Shown here: positions 19,414-29,281 of the stretch, one piece after another | How the letters are laid out: every line of letters begins with the position of its first letter | Position numbering within the stretch: position 1 is the first letter of the stretch | From: an uncultured delta proteobacterium | Lineage (GTDB): Bacteria; Desulfobacterota; Syntrophia; Syntrophales; Fen-1087 | Length of the DNA stretch: 64,000 nt | Assembly (NCBI GenBank): GCA_963709485.1 | Contig: CAVPWE010000005.1 | Coordinates: forward strand, 207,608 to 271,607 | Direction of reading: 5' to 3' | Program-made: the position numbers and the translations under genes | Notes under the pieces: generated by a model | The model's database searches: none | Told to the model about the DNA's origin: nothing | The model's input: the letters and a program-made list of their open reading frames with translations, nothing else

Positions 19414-20916
19414 CTATTTGCCGGCGCCCGGCGCCACCTGCTCGCGGGCCTTCCTGACCGCCTCCATCGCATCGAGCTGGAGCCTGTAGGCAACGTAGTA
19501 TTTGTAGATGTTTCGGACGTATGTCGTGGTCTCCATCCCGATTTTCTGAGCGGTCACGATCTCCACATTGTTGAACCACTTGTTCGGGTCGAGCCCGCGC
19601 TTTGCAGCCATCTTGCGCATCTTCGAAATGTTCCCCGGGCCGGCGTTATAGCTGGCAAAGGCAAAAAGCGTTCGGTTGTTTTCGGTGAAGTTCGCATCAA
19701 GGAAATATTTGGTCATGAGCTGATCCATGTACTTCGCGCCGGCATGGATGTTGGGTTCGATGATGCGGATATCGCCCACCCCCAGCTCATTGCCCGTTGC
19801 GGGCATGACCTGCATGACCCCGATCGCGCCCACGTGACTTTTTGCGTTCTGGTCGAGCTGCGACTCCTGGTAGCCCTGAGCGGCCAGCATGAGCGGGTCG
19901 AACTTGTACAGATCCCCGTACTTGTTGAAGAGGGCAAGCGTCTGCTCGAAGCGTTTCCATTCCGATGTGCCTGTGGCATTGCTGACCTGCTTGACCCGCG
20001 ACATGTACTGCTTCAGACGGTACGCACTGACTCCCTGCTTCTTGAGGTAGTTCTTGTGGAAATCCAGGATCTCCGCTTTCAGTTTCGGGCTTTTCTTCCG
20101 GATTGCCCAGCCGATCTTCCCGCTCTCCCGAACAACCGCCTTCTCGTTCACCTTGACCCCGGGCAGGATCTGAGCCCACATCTTCGCTTTCCAGTCATCC
20201 ACGACGATGGCCTGCAGGAGACCGGCATTCAGCATCTCCATCATGTCCTCGTCCTCCAGGGCGTCGGGCACGTGGACCAGCTTTAAAGCGGGCTTTCCTT
20301 CCTTCTTAAATCGCCCATTGAGTGCTTCCAGGCTCTCGTAATAGCTCGATGCCCTGCGGACGTGGACGGTCTTGCCGGCGAGGTCCGCCGTGGAGGCGAT
20401 GGCCGGCGATTTCGGCCCGGTGACGACCAGTTCTTTCACACCGGGCTCCGCAGCCGGCGAGGCGAAATCCACGGTCTTCAAACGTTCTTCGGTGACGGTG
20501 AGGTTGGCCGCGGCAATGTCGCCCCGGCCCTGGACGATTTCCGGGAGCAGCTTGTCGCGGGTGGTGGGGATGATGAAGACGGTGACGGGACGTTTGCCCA
20601 GCTTCTTCAGGTACTTCTTGTTGATCCAGCGCTCGAAGTCGCGGACGGTCTCGGCGGAAATGCCGCGCTCACGGCCCTTGTCGTTGAAGTAGAGGGAACG
20701 GCTGTAAGGCACCAGCACACGGATTATACGGCGATTGAGCATCCGGTCGAAATCGCCTTTCCAGGGCTTGTTGGAAATGTCCAGTTGTCGAACCTTCTGC
20801 TTCGATACGGGACCGGGCCGGGCCGTGGTCGGCGGCTGACCGAAGGCGCTTGTGACCATAAACAAAGAAACAGCCATCCCTAATGTCAGTCTGCCGATTG
20901 TGCGCATTCTCATCAT
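19414..20916 (-). CDS. mltF: Membrane-bound lytic murein transglycosylase F-like protein (PBP3-type solute-binding domain plus SLT domain)
   Basis: 500 aa with a signal peptide. The N-terminal half resembles a periplasmic binding protein. The C-terminal half carries the SLT motifs GYQESQLDQNAKSHVGAIGVMQVMPATG and AYNAGPGN. Confidence 0.85.
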   Translation of the reverse strand: MMRMRTIGRLTLGMAVSLFMVTSAFGQPPTTARPGPVSKQKVRQLDISNKPWKGDFDRMLNRRIIRVLVPYSRSLYFNDKGRERGISAETVRDFERWINKKYLKKLGKRPVTVFIIPTTRDKLLPEIVQGRGDIAAANLTVTEERLKTVDFASPAAEPGVKELVVTGPKSPAIASTADLAGKTVHVRRASSYYESLEALNGRFKKEGKPALKLVHVPDALEDEDMMEMLNAGLLQAIVVDDWKAKMWAQILPGVKVNEKAVVRESGKIGWAIRKKSPKLKAEILDFHKNYLKKQGVSAYRLKQYMSRVKQVSNATGTSEWKRFEQTLALFNKYGDLYKFDPLMLAAQGYQESQLDQNAKSHVGAIGVMQVMPATGNELGVGDIRIIEPNIHAGAKYMDQLMTKYFLDANFTENNRTLFAFASYNAGPGNISKMRKMAAKRGLDPNKWFNNVEIVTAQKIGMETTTYVRNIYKYYVAYRLQLDAMEAVRKAREQVAPGAGK

Positions 20917-21327
20917 ATGCCGATCCCCTTCCCTGAATTTACCGCGCGATAATTATCACACTTCCGGTTAATATTTTCCACGTTTCTTTCGCTTCACGGA
21001 AGCTTGGATATCGATAATAATCCTCTACTCAGCGAAGCGCGATATGAACGAATCCAGAAAGACAGGTTCATTCTTCGTGAGCGGAAAGATACGTGCAGAC
21101 AATACTTTTTTCTGTGAAGTTGCGACTGACCTGGCCGGCCGGAGGGTATCGAAGGAATCGCCAATGAAGGCAATTTTATCGATTTTTTAAGAACTTGAAG
21201 AATTCCGAAGAAACATAGATTCTGCGCGGGTTTGTTACGGTGGATAATGGCGGAATGGAATTGCCTCGTCAGCGATCTTTCATGCCTTTACATGAAAGGA
21301 CTTCCGGATTGCTCAAATACAAATCGA

Positions 21328-21364
21328 GGAACCGGAAGATCGATATCGCAGATCTTCCGGTTCC
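21328..21364 (-). terminator. Perfect 14-bp inverted repeat; possible terminator of the minus-strand secreted-protein genes
   Basis: GGAACCGGAAGATC, a 9-nt loop, then GATCTTCCGGTTCC. On the minus strand it is followed by TCGATTTGTATTTG. It lies about 115 nt downstream of the stop at 21479. Confidence 0.45.
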
Positions 21365-21478
21365 ATCGTGCCCTGCTTCTATTTTCCGGGTTCCCCGTGC
21401 ACAGGGCATTCTGCGCCCCCGCAGCGGGATCACCCCGATCCACCGTCAATGGCAGCCCGGAAATGGAGAATGGCCTCC

Positions 21479-21892
21479 TTACTTCTTCATCCCCACATCC
21501 TTGATCGCCTGGGTGCACCGCCCGCTGATCTTCGCTTTGTTTTTCTGGAGGCAGTCCAGCAGGCGCCCTTCGCCGGGATCGACGGCCGAGCAGTAGGTCT
21601 TCAGGTCATTACGGCATTCATTGGCCACGTAGCTCAGCGCGTTGATCACTCGCTCGAGCTGCACGGAGGCGTCGTAGAGCGCATACTCGCAGCGGTTCGA
21701 GAGCTTGTCCCCATAGGCATAGAGGCAGGCCAGGACCCGGCCCTCACCCGGAGCCACACCCTTGCAGTAGGTTGTGATTTCCTTGTTGCAGCCATCCGTT
21801 ACGGTCTGGACCAGTCCTTCCTGAGCCAGCGCGCTTCCCGCAAAAAAAAGCACCAGGCTGATCGCCAGCAGACATCGGATCATGTGTTTCAT
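21479..21892 (-). CDS. Secreted cysteine-rich repeat protein
   Basis: 137 aa with a signal peptide. It contains two copies of the pattern C..(x)..YC..V.PGEGR.L.CL......S..C. Confidence 0.75.
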   Translation of the reverse strand: MKHMIRCLLAISLVLFFAGSALAQEGLVQTVTDGCNKEITTYCKGVAPGEGRVLACLYAYGDKLSNRCEYALYDASVQLERVINALSYVANECRNDLKTYCSAVDPGEGRLLDCLQKNKAKISGRCTQAIKDVGMKK

Positions 21893-21953
21893 CGTTCTCT
21901 CTCCTTCTTTCGTTCCTTATTCATGTTCACTCCGGGGCATCTCCCCGGCATGG

Positions 21954-22394
21954 TTACTTCTTCAGCATCAGCTTCACGCCGCCTGTGGCGAGCTTCACAT
22001 TGATGCCCTTGGTCGTCGCGATCAGATTGATCACAATCCCGTTCTGGTTCTTCATCGAGACGGCCCCGGCGCCTCCGCCCAGCGTGCCCTCCGCGGCGAC
22101 CGCGGTGTAGTTGCCGTCGAAGTCTGCGAGCTTCTTGAGGCCATACACCTGGCCGGTAGCCGTTGCTTTCGTAATCCCGACATCACCCACGGAAAGCCCC
22201 TGCACCGTCACGGGGTACTTCTTGCCCTTGTAGGTCAGGGTGCCCGATCCCCAACTGAACCCGATGCCGACGCCGACCTGCCCCTGCGAAAGTTCGAGGG
22301 TGGCATCAGGCTTCTGGTCCTGTGCAACGGCCATGCCGGATAAACAGAGAAACAGTGTCATCATCACAACGGTCATCAACGAGAAACGCTTCAT
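21954..22394 (-). CDS. Secreted Gly-rich beta protein of unknown function, possibly DUF1134-like
   Basis: 146 aa with the signal peptide MKRFSLMTVVMMTLFLCLSGMAVA. The family assignment is from memory only and is not verified. Confidence 0.65.
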   Translation of the reverse strand: MKRFSLMTVVMMTLFLCLSGMAVAQDQKPDATLELSQGQVGVGIGFSWGSGTLTYKGKKYPVTVQGLSVGDVGITKATATGQVYGLKKLADFDGNYTAVAAEGTLGGGAGAVSMKNQNGIVINLIATTKGINVKLATGGVKLMLKK

Positions 22395-22528
22395 GGCAAA
22401 ACCTCCTTTTTTAAAAAAATGGGATGTACATTTTTTAACTTTATTTATACTCGATTACCGCGCCTCCGGAGAGACTGTTCTTCTCCTTCTATATGCAATT
22501 TAGAACCTTCCCGCAAGTAATTTCCGTG

Positions 22529-22560
22529 AAAATCAATAACGCCCGACGAAATGTCGGGCG
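22529..22560 (-). terminator. Rho-independent terminator after the META-domain gene
   Basis: The stem is CGCCCGAC/GTCGGGCG with a 5-nt loop. On the minus strand it is followed by TTATTGATTTT. It lies 35 nt downstream of the stop at 22595. Confidence 0.65.
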
Positions 22561-22594
22561 ATCAATGGCGGCGCTCGGCAGACTTGGGGTTATT

Positions 22595-23377
22595 TTACCG
22601 GCTTGCTTTTCCGAATGTCGCCGACAGCGCGCCTTCGGCGTTGCGCAGTTCCAACTTTGCGCCGTCGATGCGATACGAAGCCGCCGTGGACAACGCCATC
22701 AGATATTGCGTCTCTTGATCCATCACCGCCTGCTCACATGCCTTCCGCGTCGTTGAAAAGGTCGGCGCGATTGTGATCTTATCTCCGACAATCCGGTACG
22801 AGGCAGCGTAGTTGTTGCAGCCCGCGCTGCCTCTCAACTTGCCGTCAGCACCGAAGTTCGCCGTGAGTTCGGTACCCGCCATCACGCTGACCACGGCCTG
22901 CCTGCCGTCGTTGTAACCGGTCACGATCCACGATGTGCCTGCCAGATCGCCGCTCTGCGAGACGAACGTGGCAAGCTCCTTGCCGCTGGCGTCATACAGG
23001 GATAGCTGCAGGGCATCGGCCGTGTAGGTGGCCGCCTGTCCCAACGCCTGCAGATAAGCGGTCGCCTGCATCGCGATCGGTTCCGGGCAGGCCATCATCG
23101 TCGAGGCGAAGGGTTGGTTGAACTTGATGTTTGTGCCATCGGCCGTGTAGGAATCCGTATAGCCGTTGCAGCCATCTGAGCCGGCCACTTTTCCGGCCGC
23201 GAAGTTGAGTGTGACCGTGGTGTCATTCAGTGCGGTCTGGCCCTGCAGGGTTGCCAACGTCCAGCCGGTTCCATCCAACGGGTTCGCACCGCTCATGGAC
23301 TGCTCGCTCTGCCCGCCGCATGCCGTCGCAATCAAAGCGAACACCGTCAGGGCTGCCGTAAAGATTGTGTGGCGCAT
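22595..23377 (-). CDS. Lipoprotein with two META (HslJ-like) domains
   Basis: The lipobox is in MRHTIFTAALTVFALIATAC. Two repeats have the pattern W.....G......V...F..GK..GS.GCN.Y...Y. The ATG at 23377 is preceded by GGTGGAGGAAAG. Confidence 0.8.
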   Translation of the reverse strand: MRHTIFTAALTVFALIATACGGQSEQSMSGANPLDGTGWTLATLQGQTALNDTTVTLNFAAGKVAGSDGCNGYTDSYTADGTNIKFNQPFASTMMACPEPIAMQATAYLQALGQAATYTADALQLSLYDASGKELATFVSQSGDLAGTSWIVTGYNDGRQAVVSVMAGTELTANFGADGKLRGSAGCNNYAASYRIVGDKITIAPTFSTTRKACEQAVMDQETQYLMALSTAASYRIDGAKLELRNAEGALSATFGKASR

Positions 23378-23580
23378 CTTTCCTCCACCCGCTTTTCCGC
23401 TTGAATGTTCGATCTGAAATCTTGCGGGTTGCTGCCGTTCCTCTCTGTCGGTCGGTAGGGGGGGGCGGCGCCCCCCCACCAAGTCGCTTGACTACTTGTT
23501 GAGTGCCAGGACATCGTTAACGTAAATCTGGGGACAACCTCGAAAATCCCGCGAACCCGGGCGTCGCCGCGTCTTTGCGC

Positions 23581-24213
23581 TTAGAAATGGAACCCCAGAC
23601 CGGCGCTGAGCCCAAAATAACGGATCGTATCAATATCGCTGCCAAATCCGGCCGTGTAGGCACCCTCGACGTTGAGGGACAGGGTCGGGGTGAGATAGAT
23701 GTCGACGCCGATCCCGAGCTTTGCGCAGGCGCCCATTTCATCGCTCGATGGCGAATTCGTCATTAACCCCGGGCTGCTGATCGTCTCTTCCCAGGATGCA
23801 TGCATGAGTCCCAGTCCGGCAGCAAAGTAGGGTCTGACAATTCCCTGCAGGGGTGGAAAGATTTTCGCCACCGCCATGGCCGTGAATACGTCAAGATCCC
23901 CATCGTAATTGTACTGCCTATGGCCCGATGACAGCGTCTGGCTTGCATTGAAACCGAACAAATACTGGAGATCCATTTCAACAGAAACGATCGGATTGAT
24001 TTTGTACCCGAACTTTCCGTTAATGCCCCATGTGTTGTCGTAGGAAGGATCGAATCCGTACGGCGCCGCGCCTTCGAACTGATCGGCATTGAAATACTCC
24101 ACGGCAAGCGTGCCCCCGACCCCCACGTACATCCTCGTTCCCTCTGCCGCAAAGGCAGAGCCTGCCAGGAAAAACAATGTCACGATGCAACCCATGATAC
24201 CCAGTTTTTTCAT
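23581..24213 (-). CDS. Outer-membrane beta-barrel protein (OmpA-like/OmpW-like porin family fold)
   Basis: The signal peptide is MKKLGIMGCIVTLFFLAGSAFA. The sequence shows alternating aromatic/Gly beta-strand patterns and ends in a terminal F (GLGFHF). Confidence 0.8.
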   Translation of the reverse strand: MKKLGIMGCIVTLFFLAGSAFAAEGTRMYVGVGGTLAVEYFNADQFEGAAPYGFDPSYDNTWGINGKFGYKINPIVSVEMDLQYLFGFNASQTLSSGHRQYNYDGDLDVFTAMAVAKIFPPLQGIVRPYFAAGLGLMHASWEETISSPGLMTNSPSSDEMGACAKLGIGVDIYLTPTLSLNVEGAYTAGFGSDIDTIRYFGLSAGLGFHF

Positions 24214-24341
24214 TTTCGTCTCCTTTCTTTCGCTGTGTTGTGAAATATGAAATGCCTTTTGACTGAATCCGTGATGGAACATTTTTCAGTTCCCCCCAAC
24301 ATGGCCGTTACAATCCTGGCCGTTGTGGGGTCTTTTGGAAT

Positions 24342-24455
24342 CCACTACAACTTCCCAGGCAGAAGGTAAATTGGACCTTAGTCCTAGACAAAATGGACTT
24401 TGGTCCCATATGGGCATGAAGGGGAAAACAATTCAGGAGAAGGGGGAAACATGGG
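24342..24455 (-). promoter_or_regulatory. Copy A of the conserved tandem-palindrome operator plus promoter, upstream of the OMP gene
   Basis: The minus-sense core is GGGACCAAAGTCCA-N7-TAGGACTAAGGTCC, then 2 nt, TTTACC, 17 nt and TAGTGG. About 45 nt of pyrimidine-rich conserved sequence lies upstream. Confidence 0.6.
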
Positions 24456-24708
24456 AGACAGAGGACAGTCCGCGGCATCGATGGAAAAATGGAAAAAAGG
24501 GGGGGGTATGTTCTCCTTTTCGGCCTTTTCCGATGCAAAAGGATCATCCATCGTGGTATAGAGAACAGTTAGTCGGAATATATCGACCAGACGGGATCGT
24601 ATCCGTACAGGTGGATTGACTTTTCAGTCGGCCGGAGTCATACATAAAATATGACAATTGCCCGTCACACAAACCCCATCAGGACCGGGGTGGAACGAAG
24701 GAGGGAAA

Positions 24709-24876
24709 ATGGCGCGGGTCGTCCAGGTCCACGGGACGTTTAATGAGTTCAGGTGTCCGCACGAACCGAAGGTGCGCTGGTTGCCTGTGCTGCAAGATGC
24801 GCTGTGGCAGGACGGTGTCGAGATCGCAGACGCCCGCGGGAGAGCTGTGATGACATGCAGAAGGGACCCGCGGTGA
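24709..24876 (+). CDS. 55-aa ORF resembling the N-terminus of an alpha/beta-hydrolase, with its stop overlapping the kinase GTG start
   Basis: AAGGAGGG lies 4 nt upstream of the ATG. The product MARVVQVHGTFNEFRCPHEPKVRWLPVLQDALWQDG resembles the first strand and helix of some serine hydrolases. There is a GTGA overlap with the downstream gene. It could be a gene remnant. Confidence 0.3.
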   Translation: MARVVQVHGTFNEFRCPHEPKVRWLPVLQDALWQDGVEIADARGRAVMTCRRDPR

Positions 24877-27519
24877 GCGCGAGGAAAACGCAAGCGGGGG
24901 GAATGGCGCTTCTGGCTTACCCTGTTATTCCTGATCATCGGGTCTTGCGGCTTTTGCTTTGCCCAGTCGCAGCCTCAAGTTGATCTGACCGGAAAGAATG
25001 TCCTGGTCCTGCACGCGTTCGAAGGCAACGCACCCGTTTTCCGGGATACCGACAGGGGAATCTCGAAGACGCTGCAGTCCGGCGGGATATCCAGCCTGAA
25101 TCACTTTTTCGAGTCTCTGGAGCTGCGGCGGAACCCCGGTTCCGAGCACAGGAAACTGTTGGTCGAACAGATGCGCTTGCGATACGGCAATCGCAGGCCC
25201 GACATCATCATCACCATGTACCCGGAAGCCATGGAATTTGTGATGAAGGATTGCGGAGACATCTTTCCCGATGTCCCCATTCTCGCCTTATACCTGCCGC
25301 AGGGCTTCGAGTTGCCGAAAACGAACCGCCCCATCATCGGGCATGCCCCTACAGTTGATATCCTTGGCACCCTCGAGATTGCGTTGAAGCTCGCTCCCGG
25401 GGCAAAACGCATCTATGTCGTGAACGGCGTCCACGAAGTCGACAGAAGGTTGGAGGGTCAGGCTCGACGCGTTTCCAAGAAATGGGAGGGACAGATGGAG
25501 TTTCTCTACCTGAGCCACTTGCCCTTCAAGGATATGCTGGCTGCTGTCTCCAACGCACCCCCCGACTCCATCATCCTGGCATTGGCCCTCAGTCAGGATG
25601 TTACCGGGAATAGTTACACAAGCCCGGTCGTGGCCGAACGGCTGAGCCGGATCTCTGCGGCCCCGATCTTCGGGATCCTCGAATCCATGCTGGGAGAAGG
25701 GATTGCCGGAGGCAAGCTCCTCAGCTTCGAGCTGATTGGCAAAAAATCGGGCCGACTGGCTCTGGATATTCTCAGCGGCGCCAAAACACCGGTTGATGTC
25801 CCGGCTGCCCTGGACGCGCCGACCGTGCCCATGTTCGATTGGCGGCAGCTCCGGCATTGGAAATTGAAGGAGAACGCTTTGCCCGCGGGAAGCATCGTCC
25901 TGCACAAGGAAGCCATGTTTTGGGACTTCAAGTATTACATCCTTGGCGCCCTGGCCTTCTTCCTGCTGGAAACCGCCCTGATCGTTTTCCTCATGGTTCA
26001 GATACGCCGCAAGAATATTGCCGAACAGTCCCTGAAGAGAGTGGAAGAAAAGTATCGAAACATTTTCGAGGGCGCCCTGGAGGGCATTTTTGAGTCATCG
26101 CCCGAGGGACGGCTCCTGACCGCTAACGACGCGCTGGCCAGCATGCTGGGCTACGATTCAGCGGATGAAGCCACATCGGCCCTGCAGGACCTTGCTGCGC
26201 AGGCGTGGGTGAATCCCGATGAACGTGCGCAGCACATTCGTCTGCTCGAAAAACAGGAGGTCGTCCTGAACTATGAATGCCAGCTCCGCCGCAAGGATGG
26301 AAAAGTGATCTGGGTGTCCATGAACACCCGGCGGATCTGCAGTCCGGACGGACGAACGCTGTACTTTTCGGGTTTCTTGCAAAACATTACGGAGCACAGG
26401 CAGAATTTAAAGGCACTGGCCGAGTCACAGGCGCAGATTCTGGCGCTGTTCGACAGCACCAATGACATGATCTGGTCCGTGGACCCCGTGACTTTCGGGC
26501 TCGTCACTTTCAACAGGGCACTCAAGGACTACTTTTTCGATCAGCGCGGGATCGAAATAAGCGCGGGCATGCCGCCGGAACAATTACTGCCGGCGGACTA
26601 TGCGGTCCAATGGCATGAATTCTATCAGCGCGCTTTGCGGGACGGATCCTATACGACGGAGTATCTTGTCGCGGCCGGTACGAATTATCTCCTGCTTTCG
26701 ATCAATCCCATGAAGCGCAACGGAAAGGTATTCGGTATTTCGGTCCTCGGAAAAGACATCACCGCGCGAAGGCAGGCGGAGATGGAGGCCCGGAGGCTCA
26801 AAGACGACCTCGCCCATGTCACCCGGTTGTCGACGATGGGAGGACTCACGAGTGCCGTGGCCCACGAAATCAACCAACCCCTGGCTGCGATTCTCAGCAA
26901 TGCCCAGGCGGCCAAGCGTTTTCTTGTGCAGGGCAATCCCGACATGAACGAGATCGCCGAAATCCTGGAAGACATCATCCGGGACGACAACCGGGCCGCG
27001 GAGGTGATCCGGAAAATCCGGACCCTGCTGAAAAAGGAGGAAATCCGGTACGAGCCGCTGGACCTGAACGACATCGTCGACGAGATTTTGATGGTCGTCC
27101 GCAACGACGCCGCTCTGAAGGCCGTGTCGATCGAAAAAGAATTCACCACATCGCTGCCGTCCGTGTGGGGTGACCGGATACAACTGCAGCAGATCATCCT
27201 GAATCTCCTCCTCAATGCGGCGGAGGCCATGAGGGATGCAGCGCTCGATTTTCGCAGACTGATCGTCAGGACGTCGAGGCGGGAGAACCGGTTCGCGCAG
27301 GTATCCATCCGGGACTTCGGGCCCGGCATTCCAGCGGATTCCCTGCGCCGGCTTTTCGAGCCTTTTTACACCACCAAATCCGGAGGTATGGGCATGGGCC
27401 TCTCCATCAGCAAAGATATCATCCAATCCCACAGAGGCGAAATCCGGGTTGTGAACAACCCGGACAGAGGCGTCACGGTTTCCTTCACCGTGCCGTTCGA
27501 CAGCGGGGTGAGGCCATGA
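24873..27519 (+). CDS. Sensor histidine kinase (periplasmic ABC-substrate-binding-like domain, TM, two PAS, HisKA, HATPase); N-terminus out of frame at a G6 run
   Basis: The main ORF has two PAS regions, the H-box LTSAVAHEINQPL, and the N, G1 and G2 boxes (LLLNAAEAM, DFGPGI, GGMGMGLS). Its TM/signal segment EWRFWLTLLFLIIGSCGFCFAQS joins the GTG at 24873 only if the G6 run at 24896-24901 is read as G5. Confidence 0.85.
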
Positions 27520-28145
27520 TGGAGACCAAGCCCGTCATCTGCATCGTCGACGATAATCCCTCCGTCCGGCGGTCCCTGGAAAGGCTCATTCAATCCCTCG
27601 GCCTCACGGCGCGGTCCTTTGCCTCTGCCACGCAGTTTCTGCAATCCGGCCATCAGGAAGAAACGGACTGCCTGATTCTCGATGTGCGGATGCCCGAGAT
27701 CAGCGGCCTCGACCTGCAGGAGAAATTATCCGGGATGGGCATCTTTTTACCCATTATCTTCATTTCGGGGCATGGGACGGTCCCGATGAGCGTGCGCGCC
27801 ATGAAAGCCGGTGCGGTGGACTTTCTCCAGAAACCCTTCGATGAGCAGGACCTGATCGATGCCATTTACGGGGCCATCGATCGCTGCAGGCAGAGGAAGG
27901 CGGAACGCGAGGAATTGACGGAAATCCAGGCGCGACTTTGTTCGCTGACCCCGAAAGAGCATCAGGTCCTGGCCTGTGTCATCACGGGCCTGCTGAACAA
28001 GAATATTGCAGACAGGCTCGCCATGGCGGAAAAAACCGTCAAAGTCCATCGTGCATCGGTCATGAAAAAAATGGGGGCCCCGTCTGTCGCCGATCTCGTC
28101 CGGATGGCCGAAAAGGCGGGCATACGCCCCCTGACACCAAAGTAG
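27516..28145 (+). CDS. FixJ/NarL-family response regulator (receiver plus LuxR-type HTH)
   Basis: 209 aa. Contains ICIVDDN, LILDVRMPEISG, FISGHG and the HTH region LTPKEHQVLACVITGLLNKNIADRLAMAEKTVKVHR. There is an ATGA overlap with the kinase gene. Confidence 0.9.
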   Translation: MMETKPVICIVDDNPSVRRSLERLIQSLGLTARSFASATQFLQSGHQEETDCLILDVRMPEISGLDLQEKLSGMGIFLPIIFISGHGTVPMSVRAMKAGAVDFLQKPFDEQDLIDAIYGAIDRCRQRKAEREELTEIQARLCSLTPKEHQVLACVITGLLNKNIADRLAMAEKTVKVHRASVMKKMGAPSVADLVRMAEKAGIRPLTPK

Positions 28146-28159
28146 CCGACCGGTGTCTG

Positions 28160-28271
28160 TTTTCCTCCCCTTCTGAACCCCACATGTTCCCCTGCATGGC
28201 CGTGTGGGACCAAAGTCCAGTGCGGATAGGACCAAGGTCCCATTGCCCTTCGGATTGAAAAGATTTATTGA
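28160..28271 (+). promoter_or_regulatory. Copy B of the tandem-palindrome operator plus promoter, upstream of the lipoprotein/K+ channel/antiporter genes
   Basis: GGGACCAAAGTCCA-N7-TAGGACCAAGGTCC (28206-28240), then 2 nt, TTGCCC, 17 nt and TATTGA (28266-28271). Confidence 0.6.
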
Positions 28272-28302
28272 ATTTCATAAGAGCAAAGAGGAGGAAAGCC
28301 TT

Positions 28303-28785
28303 ATGAGGAAAGTATGGGTGTTGTCCTTTGGGATCCTGACGGCGCTTGTGTGTTCCTGTTTGGGTTGTGCCGGCCTGCTTGCCGGGAAATACGGATCCAT
28401 GGTGCCGGACGGCAAAGCCAGTGCAGCCTTTGAATCTTTTCAGCTCAGCGCCGGCGTCAACTACTATGTGAGCGGTTCCGACGAGTATCCCAACGCGATG
28501 CTGGGCCTCAATAGGGAATATACGCTGGATTCGACGCTCTGGAAGAGGATCGAGCCCACGCCCGCGCGTTTTCGGGACCTGGTTTTGCAGATGCAGGCCC
28601 GGGCCTGGCAGATCGGGCAACGGCATTACGGGTTTGCCGTTGTCGACGAGCAGGGCCGCCAGATCGGGATATGGTATTCCTTCCTCGCCGCCAGGACGCC
28701 TGTTGTGATGAAGGAGGATCGGCATGTCGAGATTTACACTCCCGATATCGACACCTATATCAAATACGAGGCGAGTGAGCGCTGA
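28303..28785 (+). CDS. Lipoprotein of unknown function
   Basis: The N-terminus MRKVWVLSFGILTALVCSCLGC carries a lipobox. GAGGAGGAAAG lies upstream. The protein is 160 aa. Confidence 0.7.
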   Translation: MRKVWVLSFGILTALVCSCLGCAGLLAGKYGSMVPDGKASAAFESFQLSAGVNYYVSGSDEYPNAMLGLNREYTLDSTLWKRIEPTPARFRDLVLQMQARAWQIGQRHYGFAVVDEQGRQIGIWYSFLAARTPVVMKEDRHVEIYTPDIDTYIKYEASER

Positions 28786-28845
28786 CGGGATAGACTGCTT
28801 CCATTAATGGTTTCCTGATCTTACAGGCGATGGCTGCTTCTGACC

Positions 28846-29277
28846 ATGCTTGAGAAAATCCTCATCGCGTGCTTTCTGGTAGCCATCACGGTTGCCGTGC
28901 ATACCGCCGGATTATCCCTGGTGTTGCGCTTCTGGATGAAATCGCACGCCGCGCTGCCGACGCAGCCCTGGCCCATCACCTGGCTGCTCATCCGCGTGAC
29001 GTGGTTCCTGATCCTGATGCATGCAGCCGAGATCACGGTCTGGGCGTTGTTCTATCTGTGGGCGGGATGCCTGCCCGATGCCGAGTCGGCGTTCTATTTT
29101 TCCGGAGTCACCTACACGACCGTTGGCTACGGCGATCTGACATTGCCGCAACCCTGGCGGATCCTTGGCCCGATCGAGGCTTTGGCTGGCATTCTCATGT
29201 GCGGACTGTCCACGGGACTTTTCTTCGCGGTTGTGAGCAGGATTTACGCGTCGCGTCTGGAAGCAAAGCGAAAGTGA
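28846..29277 (+). CDS. Small two-TM potassium channel
   Basis: Contains the selectivity filter TYTTVGYGD flanked by two hydrophobic helices. The protein is 143 aa. Confidence 0.85.
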   Translation: MLEKILIACFLVAITVAVHTAGLSLVLRFWMKSHAALPTQPWPITWLLIRVTWFLILMHAAEITVWALFYLWAGCLPDAESAFYFSGVTYTTVGYGDLTLPQPWRILGPIEALAGILMCGLSTGLFFAVVSRIYASRLEAKRK

Positions 29278-29281
29278 ACCG

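Noticed and set aside
20917-21478. A 560-bp AT-rich intergenic region examined for an sRNA, a small gene or a mobile-element end.
   Set aside because: It contains only short hairpins, including the 14-bp inverted repeat listed as a possible terminator. There is no convincing ORF, no RBS-start pair and no similarity to the other repeats in the window.
24323-24619. Conserved peptide-like strings on the strand opposite the three repeat copies (LDL(S/G)P(R/I)..GLWS...M.G) and small ORFs such as MGDRGQSAAS...
   Set aside because: The similarity is explained by nucleotide conservation of the element. There is no shared start codon or RBS. The ORFs differ outside the core, and copy B's version overlaps the regulator gene's 3' end.
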